Source: Phoronis australis
Taxonomy: Eukaryota; Animalia; Phoronida
NCBI GenBank assembly: GCA_002633005.1
Contig: NMRA01000474.1
Span: 275,409 to 339,408 of the forward strand
Reading direction: 5' to 3'
Length of the DNA stretch: 64,000 nt
The position numbers were made by a program, and so were the translations under genes. Shown here in pieces: positions 12,697 to 24,600 of this stretch (the first letter of the stretch is position 1; every line of letters begins with the position of its first letter). A model generated the notes under the pieces. It was not told the origin of the DNA and did not search any database. It saw only the letters and a list, made by a program, of their open reading frames with translations.

Positions 12697-15600
12697 CTGA
12701 AATAGACAAATGTCAAATATCTCTCCTAGATAATGAAGGAAAATTCTCTGAAAATCAATAAGACAATCAGAGGAAGCAATAGGTAGAAACAAAGACACTA
12801 CCTTTGCTATGAACACCAAATCCTCTAGACTTGACATAAAGCTGAAGCCATGTATGACTGATTGTCAAAATGCAGAGCTAATCTTCAATTTGCGAAACAT
12901 TATCTGTGTCTTTGTGACCCAGGGTTGCTCTATTGAAATTAGTTCAAGCTGAAACTGCAGGTATGAAAGGGATTGAAATTATAAAACAAACTATTGTTCT
13001 GTGTAAATTGAGAGTCTGGTGAGGAATTCAATTGTTGATGGCATATCTTGGTCGCAATAGGCCTACCGTTCTGCGAAAGTCTCTTGGCTCCATTTGCACA
13101 ACACTGCAGCTGACATCAGCAACTTTGTTTTTCCCGTCAGGGTGACCAGCAAAGTGAAGTTGTGTTTCTTTGTTAAGCTTCTTAAACCTAGTAAGAGGAG
13201 GTGGTAGCGAATCCAACTTCTTGCAGCCGCTTACTGAGAGAGGAAGATCTGCTTGTAGGTCCAATTTTAAAACGGCCATGTCCAGATCATCGTTAGAGTA
13301 CACTAGTGACCCCACACAGCTGCCAGCGGCTGGCCCAAGTCCCAGCAACGATGGTTTGTCGTAATAAAAGAGCACTGCACTGTTTCTGACTGCAACGAAT
13401 AAGGTGACACGTGTACTTAAGTACTTTGTAACATGTAATGCTAACATTAACTAACTTGTGAAACATTTGAAAGTAATTTTGGTTTCAGATAACAAGTTGA
13501 GTGGTTTTAAAAGTTAATTTTGAATGTTTGCTATTTTGGCGATTGATTATGGGACACTTCTTCAAAGTTCACAACGACGTCGTGTGCCAATAAACAACAA
13601 AGACGATTTTAGGAGGGGGGGGGGGGCAGGGGNNNNNNNNNNNNNNNNNNNNNNNNNNNNNNNNNNNNNNNNNNNNNNNNNNNNNNNNNNNNNNNNNNNN
13701 NNNNNNNNNNNNNNNNNNNNNNNNNNNNNNNNNNNNNNNNNNNNNNNNNNNNNNNNNNNNNNNNNNNNNNNNNNNNNNNNNNNNNNNNNNNNNNNNNNNN
13801 NNNNNNNNNNNNNNNNNNNNNNNNNNNNNNNNNNNNNNNNNNNNNNNNNNNNNNNNNNNNNNNNNNNNNNNNNNNNNNNNNNNNNNNNNNNNNNNNNNNN
13901 NNNNNNNNNNNNNNNNNNNNNNNNNNNNNNNNNNNNNNNNNNNNNNNNNNNNNNNNNNNNNNNNNNNNNNNNNNNNNNNNNNNNNNNNNNNNNNNNNNNN
14001 NNNNNNNNNNNNNNNNNNNNNNNNNNNNNNNNNNNNNNNNNNNNNNNNNNNNNNNNNNNNNNNNNNNNNNNNNNNNNNNNNNNNNNNNNNNNNNNNNNNN
14101 NNNNNNNNNNNNNNNNNNNNNNNNNNNNNNNNNNNNNNNNNNNNNNNNNNNNNNNNNNNNNNNNNNNNNNNNNNNNNNNNNNNNNNNNNNNNNNNNNNNN
14201 NNNNNNNNNNNNNNNNNNNNNNNNNNNNNNNNNNNNNNNNNNNNNNNNNNNNNNNNNNNNNNNNNNNNNNNNNNNNNNNNNNNNNNNNNNNNNNNNNNNN
14301 NNNNNNNNNNGGGGGGAAAGAAACTGGCCAATAGTGACGCAATATTTCATGGTGACGAAAGCCGACGCAGAGATAGCACCACAGCCTCATCAACAGAAAA
14401 AACATAGAATGCCAATCCGCCATAATTGTCTAAACTTCACATATATTAAGCAAAACAACATACCAAAGCGACTATTTAAACCTGGAAGATATATTTTTCA
14501 CCAAACAGTGTTTAACAGAAAGTGCGGGATTAGTGTTTTGGTGCAGGTTTCCTGTCCATTCCCGGGGTCCCTGGTTTAAATGCCAGAGTTCGAGTTTTTT
14601 CGGGTTGTATAGCCGTTTTGAAGGCACCTGTTTAATACCGAGTTACTGTCTTGACGGAACATCATGTTATTGTTATTAAATGAAATAAGACGGTCTCTAT
14701 CACGGCCATACATATGAAAATAACCCGCAGTGACAAGTAATATCCACGAGCCTGATTTGAGGCAATCACGAAGTGTCAGTTATTCTAGACCAGCCTTAGA
14801 TGGGATCAATTTCGTAAATGTTAAAGGTGACAAAAAGTTGTTTGTTACAGAAATAGCGAGTTTGTTGCGACGTTAAGGAACAGACGATTTCACCTTTTGT
14901 CTTGAAAATATAATGACTGAGTAGGGTGTTCTTGTTTCATATCAAAAACAATAAAACATTTATTGATAATTTGAAGAACATGCAAAGTTTTTCAGAAACA
15001 GTAACAGCATGTTCAGGGAAAGCATTTAAACTTTCTTTGGGAATTTATCCGCGTTTTAGTCACGTCAAGCAGGTAATGTATTAAAGGTAGTGAGTTCGTA
15101 AAGTTTGCTTCTGCTCTTACGAAATTCCCGGCATTTTCGTACTATATCAAGCACGTGTTTAACTTAAACTAGGTTCCTAGACTTAAAATAGTAGTAGGTT
15201 TGACAAAGCGTTATTCAACCAACAGTTCACCAATAATGGTGCACGTGACACTTACGATCATCGCCCAGTTGTTCAGCAACGTGCTTATTGGTCATGACGT
15301 AGTCAGGGCCAACACGGAAACCTGAACCTGTGCCGGTTTGTCCAACAATCAGAGCTACTGATGAAAAGGCTGTTGACAAAGATGTGAGGAAATGCGCCGA
15401 CATCGTCTCTTTGTTCCAATCAAACGCCAGACCGAAACTACACTGGGTTGGCTCTTTTCTGGGACTTTGTACAGGAAAGTAGTCTGAAAGAAAAGAATTG
15501 TCAAATACCCTTTTCCAGTATCATCACTGACCTCTTCAGTTACACCAAAGTGATGTGCATGTCTCCGTTATATTGTGTCACAGGTGTAAATGTTAAAACC

Positions 15601-18600
15601 ATCGAAACTTGTATTTAAGCTCAGGGAAATGTGCTACATCAAAGTCTTGCCTTCCCAAGTGGGCTTGCTTTACCATGTGAGACAAAAGCGAGTCAGGAAG
15701 TGGCGAGGAGATGATGTATTTGAAACCAATTTAAAAACGCTTTGCCATAAACAGACATCCAAAATCTTGACGAATAAACTGTAAAAAATACGTGGTGATC
15801 AAGTTGGATCCTGTTTTAGTGGCAGGGAACTGTACTTTGAATAGTGTAATTTAGCCTGTTTTTTGTTCGCCGACGACAATTTTACAGTGGAGCAGCCACG
15901 ATTTAGAAACCACTGTGGCCTAGATTTAAAAACAAATGCGGTTCTTTTGCAATGCTGGGAAACTCCGGGTGTATTGAGATTGACTGGGAATGTGTAAGAT
16001 GCAAATAAATCGACGTGGCGGTAGTTCTTACAGATTACATTGAGCTCCATTTATCTAACCTGTTGTAAGTAATTAGGTGATTGAGAACAGAGTGAGAAAT
16101 AATATAATGCATTAGACAAAACGAGCTTTACATGTATTTGGCATGTCGTTGGCGGATTTATTTATCAAACCTGAACTACATGAAGGCATTGGTAAGCACC
16201 GAGTCAGAGCACGTTACGTGCATCTCATAAGTATTGTTTGACCAATGGGCATTCTGCATAGGCAGATTTAGAGGGGGAAAGGGGCAGGGGGCCCGCCCCC
16301 TTGGCTGACGCAGAAAAAATAAAACAGCAAGAGCGTGACGAAATATTGAGTTCATTAAATAACGTGGTAATTAACCTGGGGCTGAAACAACATTTTGATG
16401 TGTTGAGGGTTCCCCGTTTTTTAGTCCCCCAATTTGATTCTTAGCAGAACCTCCGCTTACCCGAAAGTTTGAGCCCACCCACCCCTGGTTGCGCGCATGC
16501 AATCGTGCTTTGCGCGGTTGCCCCAGACAACATGTTGATATACCAGATCCGCCACTGTTCTGATATGTACAATGAAGCTACATTCACTACAACACCATGT
16601 ATCTGAACTCGATAGACACTCAGTCTTATACAGCTGAATGTTTAGACCTAGAACAGTGAGCAATACCATATTAGAATGCAGCCGGTGAACAAGCAAAATT
16701 GATTCATGTAGCAGTGTTTACCAGTGACACAATATCCCGCTAGATGTAAGTGGTATCACATATTGTATCAACTTATTCAATACACACTAACTGAATGTAT
16801 GAAATCAACATCTCATTTAGAGCATTAGGTGAATAGTACCGGCAAAACTATGTGTATGAATCACACCGATAACAATTCATAAATAATCTTACATTCCTAC
16901 GTGGCCAATAAAAGTCAAATTTGAAGATGATTGAAATTTTCTCTCAGTTAATGATTGTTCTGCTACTAAAGGAAAATGTTATCGCAAAAAACGTAGTTCC
17001 AAAATAAAAGCGGTATGTTATCACCATAAAGTTAGGTTCTACTATTGCAGGTCAAGAGTTTAAAGCCAGTATTTACGATTATACTTCATATACCTGATGG
17101 TCTGACGTCAACACCCAGAATTCCCAGTTCATTTTTGTCTCCTTGGTGTGCTTGTATATTTATATCTACATCCCCTTTGGGCACTGTTGCCCCGGAGGAC
17201 TCGAAGTAATAAGCAAGATATCTTCCAAGGCTAAAGTGCGGGTCAGCACTGGACCTGTTTTTGGCTTCAGCACCCTCAGCAGAACTCGCACGTTGGTTTT
17301 CCTGTCTTTGCTTCATTTGAATCTATACCCAAGTCAAAAACGACACAACCGCATTAACTAATTTATTTTATAACTGATGATGCTACTCTCTGCTCTGAAC
17401 ATCTATGTAATTCCTGAGTTAGCAATGGATAAAATGTAAATAAAAAACATGGTATTATTAAAAAATTATTAACAAACATGGTCACTTGACGAGTATCGTT
17501 TTCATCAGGTAAATAATGATTATTTAAAGAGTATTCAATGGTTAACAACACACATCCGTTTGAACCTAATTCTCAAGACAAAACTGACAAGTTATACTGT
17601 ACCTCAAGGAACCCCTTTAAGGTTTTAATATTTTCGGCGGCGGTCTTGTCAAAAAACACGCTACATTCTCTTCCACAAACATCATAAGCTGTTTCGCCTT
17701 CCTGAAAATTAACAAAATAGAGGTAAAGAATTAAAAAGTACATATAATTTTTCAGAAAACACGCAAAATGAGCATTTTTTTGATCTCGTGGTTCTTGGAT
17801 TCCGGCATGTTTCCGTCTGTATTTGTTCAGGGTCAAAATTTTAACCAAGTTTCAACGTGTGCCTCTTCTTTTCTCAAGAGTTACAGTTAATCTGGGTATA
17901 GGTCTTGACTTGGTGTGGTCGAATAGTGACACTCAGTGTCAGTTGTTTTACACCTGCGTCTGCGTTGCCTCTGTAAATGTTGGAAGAAGTGTCTCATTTC
18001 AAAGAACATTATACACGTGTTAGATGGGGTTCCAGTCGGGAGGTGTACTCCATAGGATTAGCAAACTGAGGTATGAACTTGTTAGATGGGGTTCCAGTAG
18101 AGAGGTGTACTCCATGGGATTAGCAAACTGAGGTATGAACGTGTTAGATGGGGTTCCAGTCGGGAGGTGTACTCCATAGGATTAGCAAACTGAGGTATGA
18201 ACTTGCTGACAACTTGTCCAGGACATCTTTCACTGTAGTCTACTGAGATGACATCAAAAGGCAGCATAAACTGACTGGGGTGCGGATGTCACCATGGCGA
18301 CCACGTGGTAAAAATGCTTTTATTTTTTGTTCAAACATTGACTTTTACCAATATTTGAACTCTCGCGTACATGTATACACGTAGATACTGTGCATTCCTG
18401 AACCTCCGTGGAAAACGGTTGGAAGTTACTTTAGACTTCTGTTGTTTACTGTCAGCTTGCATAATAACAACCTCCACCCAGCAGTAATGACCAACATCGT
18501 CCGATACAAATACATTTTTCATGGAAATTGTTAGGTACGCATCCAAAGTGTCTTCATGCTTCAAGGAAGGCTATTTACCGTGTTAAAGATGCGTGTTTGG

Positions 18601-21600
18601 GTAAAGGAAAAGGTATATAATCCTTAGCTATGGGGATTTAAACAGGTAATCAAATTTTCTAATAATTTATAACGCCCTTTTCCTTTATGGTCAGTACTTG
18701 GTTAACTAAATATTCATCACCTAATCAAATGACAACACCTAATGAATTACTGAATGTTGCACACAAAGCATCGTTAAAAGTACATTTCAACCCTAACAGA
18801 CGTTAATGTAGAAAAGCGGACATGTTGAATATTAGATAACATTTTTTAAAATAAAGGAAATGGTTAAGTACCGAAAGGATTTGATGATTCTATTACGTCA
18901 AACATTTGAGACCATAAATTGTAACGCGATTAAATATTTTTATTACAAAACATTTCCCATTGGCGATTGTTCCTGGTTTTACGCGTTTACTAAGTTTTAA
19001 GACTTCCTCATTCTCAGCAGAAAACATTATTTTCAAACTTGCTGAAGAATGATGCTAGGTCCAAGATCCGATAATCTCAAAATTTGAAACCAACGAATTG
19101 CACTACTCACTACATCGTTGAAATGTTAACAAACTTGTCAAAATTATTACAATTTGGTTTATTTCCAGTTCAAATACAAAAACTAATGTTGAAAATCATG
19201 CCCCTTTCATCTTTTCTGGAGATATCAAAGTTTTTGTCCAAACATTTACTTTTTGGGGTGTTTTGATTTCCGTGGAATCGGTTGTCCAGCCGACTTTTTT
19301 TACCAAAACGATAGTTGCATCAGGCGTTTGCTTCCTTGAGTCGTAGTAGTACCCGAAATAAGATGCTCTCATGAGAGGTGAACTTAATAAATTATCGTCA
19401 GATTAAAATGTTTAAGAAATTTGGACCTTTGTAATTATGTCATCAGGTATCTCGTCTAAATCCACGTCACGCATAGTGGTCTTTAAGTTTAACAAACTTT
19501 CTCATTCCAATCTACGACATAACGCGCTTTTAACCAAGTCCACCTATGAAGTCTTCGCAACATTTTTTTCCAAAAATAAATTACATTATTTTTTGAATCG
19601 GTGTTTTGTGTAAAACTATATCGATAGTCTTGTCATTGGGGATTTGTCTAATTCATATAATACATATATAGTATCTTTTCGAGTCCTATCAAGGCTAAAC
19701 GTGGTTTTCACAGCCTCAGTCTTGGTTGTTTGCTGCAGCATGACTTGAGATTTATACAGGTTGGATAGATCGCAGATATATTTATATACATGTATTTCAA
19801 AGTGATCAACTATTGCTGTCGTTGTCGCTGTAGTTTCTCAAATGCGTATCCACATTTTCCATGAGGTGCAACGGTTCCTTTGTGTTTTGTCGTTTCCTAT
19901 AAATTGTCCACGTTTTAGCTTACCTAGCAAACAAAATCAGAGCTCAAGGGTCTTTTCGTTATCTATTAATTATAGTTTCCCGCTTCAAAGCCATGTCAGA
20001 AACCCTATTGTTAAGGCTAAATGTCCGTCGCTTTACATTTATCAAATGTGTAAGAACAGATTTATGCACACGTTTCCGTGGTCCTGTCAAACGTTGTTAA
20101 AAGAAGTTGCCTATATATAGAAGATCCACTCACCAGAGTAATGCATTTTAAAAGGCTCCACAGTCTCACAAACACTGTACCATAGCTACAGTGTAACATA
20201 CATGTGCAACGGATCTCGTTGTATACATCCGGTCAAAGCTAAAGGCGTCTCTCCAATGGCAGAAATGTATTTTCGGAACGATGTTAGAATTGTTCTTTGG
20301 ACAGCAAAAAAATGGAAACAGATTAGGGATACTTGCACTCTGTAGTTGTAGTTCATTTCCAATATCTCAGATGAATTGATAAATAATCGAACAAAATATC
20401 TATTAACTACTGCTCACAAAACTGAACAATATGGTCCAAATGCCGAGTTCTTTCAATCTCCAGTTTTGTCGTTTTCTGATAAGGTTCCACATCACTTATT
20501 TAGGTTGTCATTATGCTGTTTCATAAAGGAGATGTTTGGACTGGTACGTTTGACATGGGTAATTTCTGATAACGTGGCCACCCACGCACATTAAGCGAAG
20601 ACCAATTAAAATTTGCCAAACAGGCACTACGAAAAAATAAGAACGATGAGAAAATGTGTTAGCTTTTGAACAAACTGATGAATTACATTCTCAAGCTCAA
20701 GTTTTTGCAACTAACGGATAAAACTGATTGACACAACACGAAGATGTGATTTGAACGAAAATAAAATATGGGGTGATATAGAAAGCGTGTTGTGTTTCGG
20801 ACAACTGAATACACCAACAGTCAGAAACAAATCAGATCGCATATTTATACACGTTTTATAAGAATCTGAAACAGACCCTGGATTTAGAGTGGATCAGAAA
20901 CGATCACTGTGCGCAAATTAGTCACACAGCGCTCTGCTTTTTCTGGGGTCTAACTTATGCAGACTTCTGGAACAGCGAAAACCGCACTTGTCTTTTCAAA
21001 AGGCTGGACTTTGACTAACTCACGCCCAACATTACTCCACCACAGAATATATCAAACAAAACATGGCAGGAACTTATTACACAGTAGTGCAATTGCATTA
21101 CAAACAAACCAAAAAATTACACGACTTTGAAATTTGGTTTTTAAAACAGTCGCTTTTTAAAGCAACCCTGACTAAAAAGTACTTGTAGGAAAATCAAAAT
21201 GTGTGCCTGTGTTGGGCGCCTTCCTCCGTGGTTGGTCTGTTTTTAGTTTGTGTACCGATTGTACGATCAGACGAGCAGCCTTGGTTTCGCTGCGTGTTCT
21301 GGGAAGGTACTTGCATTGAAGAAGTGACTCTATGTAACTCCAGTAAAGAGGTAGATCAGTTTTAATGAGATATTTATTATGAGTGAACAATTCCTCGAAA
21401 TCAATATTCATTTAAAACACATTTATTGCAGCATTAACTAAACTTGGAGTACAACACTCTTGAGATACCTTGTTTACGGCAGTCACGTCGCAGCTGCCAT
21501 TATGGACCAGCAGTTCCACGACTGCTGCCTGTCCTGTCTGGGAAGCTAGATGTACGGGTGTGTTTCCATCCTACAGTAAACGAACAAATATGATAGAATG

Positions 21601-24600
21601 CTGGTCAGCATCATACATAGCAAAGTGGGTGCGTCAACAGAGAGTCACGCTTAACACCTTTCAGAACTTCGCCTTCAGTTGCATACTTACTGTATGAAGT
21701 GGGTGACTCAACAGAGCACGACTACAACTGACATTTAAACTCAGACAAAAATGAGCGCAATTTCCTAAATGCTGATCTGTTGTAGTCACGCGACTGAAAA
21801 GATGATTTTAAATATCACAATTTGATGTTATATATTACAACAGAGCCACGATCATTTAGTGAGTGCTATGGTAATGCAAGTAAAGAACAAGTGCTCAATG
21901 TACAACTCCAGGTGAAGTGAAAACTGTTTCTAATAACATAATGTCACGAGCACGTCACGTCACGTGCGCGTCACTTCACGTGCCGTGAATTCAACGTTTA
22001 CAAACAAAATTACAATTTGTGATTATTTAATTAAAACACCCAATAATTCAACCTCGTCACGTATTGTGTGTTCATCAACCTGTGTGTCGTTAATTACCTG
22101 AGTACGGACATCCACTGTAGCGTTGTGTTCCACAAGACACTTCACTATCTGTGTATAACCACACCCTGCTGCACAGTGCAGCGGTGTCCGGCCCACCTAT
22201 GTAATATATAATGGAGATGTGTGAACGAACGATCAACGTTTAGAGCAAATTAACAAACACGGGGGAAAGTGAACTTGTAAGGTGACATAAATGAAACATT
22301 ACTGACCTCTCTAAGACGCAACAATACGTGTAATGATTTCAACAGGGAAATGTTGAGTTTAAGAACAAAACAACAGAGCGTGTTCAGTGTTCCGTCTCGT
22401 TACACGCTGATAACACACAGCAAGTAATTGTGCGCTGTAAAGTGTTGGACAATCAAAATAACGTAGAAAATATATCTGAAACTAAATGAGGCGATCCAGA
22501 TCGTCTGAAGGAAATTATTGTTTGACGAAATGTAGAATATATATAGGTAAATAAAACAACAATAATGAATCAACTGAAATGTTCGGATGCAGCTTTGACA
22601 GTTCTCTGTTGGAAAGCAGACGACATTTATTTTGACATTGTTTAAAGACATAAAATTGTGAAAAATATCAACAAAATTTGTTCTTCAATAGTTTTAATCA
22701 TCTCTTGTGTAAACAACTAATTCAACCAAACAACCTGTGTGTCATTAATTACCTGAGTACGGACATCCACTGTAGCGTTGTGTTCCACAAGACACTTCAC
22801 TGTCTGTGTATGACCACACCGTGCTGCCCAGTGCAGCGGTGTCCAGCCCCTCTATGTAATATATAATGGAGATGTGTGAATGGACGATCAACGTTTAGAG
22901 CAAACTAACATACACGGGGGAAAGTGAACTTGTAAGGTGACATAAATGACACATTACTGACCTCTCTAAGACGCTACAATACTTGTAATGATTTCAACAG
23001 GGAAATGTTGAGTTTAAGAGCAAAACAACAGAGCCTGTTCTGTGTTCCCTGTCTCGTTACAGGCCGGTAACACACAGCAAGTAATTGTGCGCTGTAAAGT
23101 GTTGGACAATCAAAATAACGTAGAAAATAAATCTGAAACTAAATGAGGCGATCCAGATCGACTGAAGAAAACTATTGTTTGACGAAATGTAGAATATATA
23201 TAGGTAAATAAAACAACAATAATGGATCAACTGAAATGTTCAGGTGCAGCTTTGGCAGTTCTCTGTTGGAAAGCAGACGATATTTATTTTGACATTGTTT
23301 AAAGACATAAAATTGTGAAAAATATCAACAAAATTTGTTCTTCAATAGTTTTAATCATCTCTTGTGTAAACAACTAGTTCAACTAAACAACCTGTGTGTC
23401 ATTAATTACCTGATCACGGATATCCACTGTAGCGTTGTGTTCCACAAGACACTTCACTATCTGTGTATGACCACTCCATGCTGCACTGTGCAGCGGTGTG
23501 AAGCCCCACACCTATGTAATATATAATGGAGACGTGTGAATGGACGATCAACGTTTAGAGCAAACTAACATACACGGGGCAAAGTAAACTTGTAAGGTGA
23601 CATAAATGAAACATTACTGACCCCTCTAAGACGCTACAATACTTGTAATGATCACTCAAGTTTTACAGGTGATTTTAAAACCTTGAAGTAAGAACAGAAC
23701 ATGGTGTAGAAGACAACTGCCAGAAATTACTGAGCGCCGCCATAACTTCACAGTGACCCCTCCATGTTGTGTTCATACACCGGTTTAATGGCTTCCTGTT
23801 CAATATAAAGTTGTAATGTTGAATGGACGCTTACCATTAAGAATAGAAAAATATCAACGTTAAGTCGCCAAATATATTGTTGACACAATTCAAACCTCAC
23901 TGTTTCTTAAGATGCATGTACCGGGTACAGATTGAAAATACATGTCGAAATCTTGAGAAATAAAAAGTGTATATACACACAACATGTTTAGTTAAACTTC
24001 AGATAGTTTACAGCTTTGTAACAAAGATATCACTGTCTTAATTATAAAATCGTCTCAAGTAGTTTCTATTACCCCGTCTTGCTTGTTGACGATAGCGCCT
24101 GCTTCACACAAAACACGCGCCACCTCTGTATGTCCCAGCCCTGCTGCACTGTGTAGTGTTGTCCAGCCCTGCAGAAACAATGAACAAGTTATAGCAAACT
24201 TCACAATCATTAACTTCACCGTGAATCTTAATTACTCATCATGGAAACGTTGAAATAACACATTTGCACACAAAATTACTAAATCTACTCTCTGCTTACC
24301 ACATAATATATCAGTTGTCGTTGGAATGGATCATCAATTTTAGAGAACAAGGTTACGTCGCTCATGTAGAACGTTTGTTAGTTTCAGTAATAATCCTCAG
24401 ATTAAAGACATGACATGTTCTTTAAAAATATGGACACTTTTATAAAAGTCCGACTTACGACTGGTTGTAGCTAAGACAAGCTATCACTGTTATTGTCATT
24501 AACGTGACCTTGATATTTAAACTTAAAAATTTATCATTTTAAGAGATCAATTTTTCGAGAGATCAAGGCAAAAGTATTGTTAGTGTATATGAAAACTGCA

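Larger units (their letters stand above)
22076..23652. repeat. Tandem duplication of a ~656-bp exon+intron unit (about 2.4 units, 3 ankyrin exons)
   Basis: Exon ends at 22098, 22753 and 23410 (spacing 655 and 657); the two full introns are about 95% identical by manual count. Confidence 0.97.

Noticed and set aside
13524-14579. Long ORFs across the N-gaps (also 43281-43868)
   Set aside because: Artefacts of translating N runs.
20130-20270. Possible extra ankyrin exon (GETPLAL... with a gtgagt donor) on the minus strand
   Set aside because: In-frame stop, no good acceptor, and exons 7 and 8 already join sensibly.
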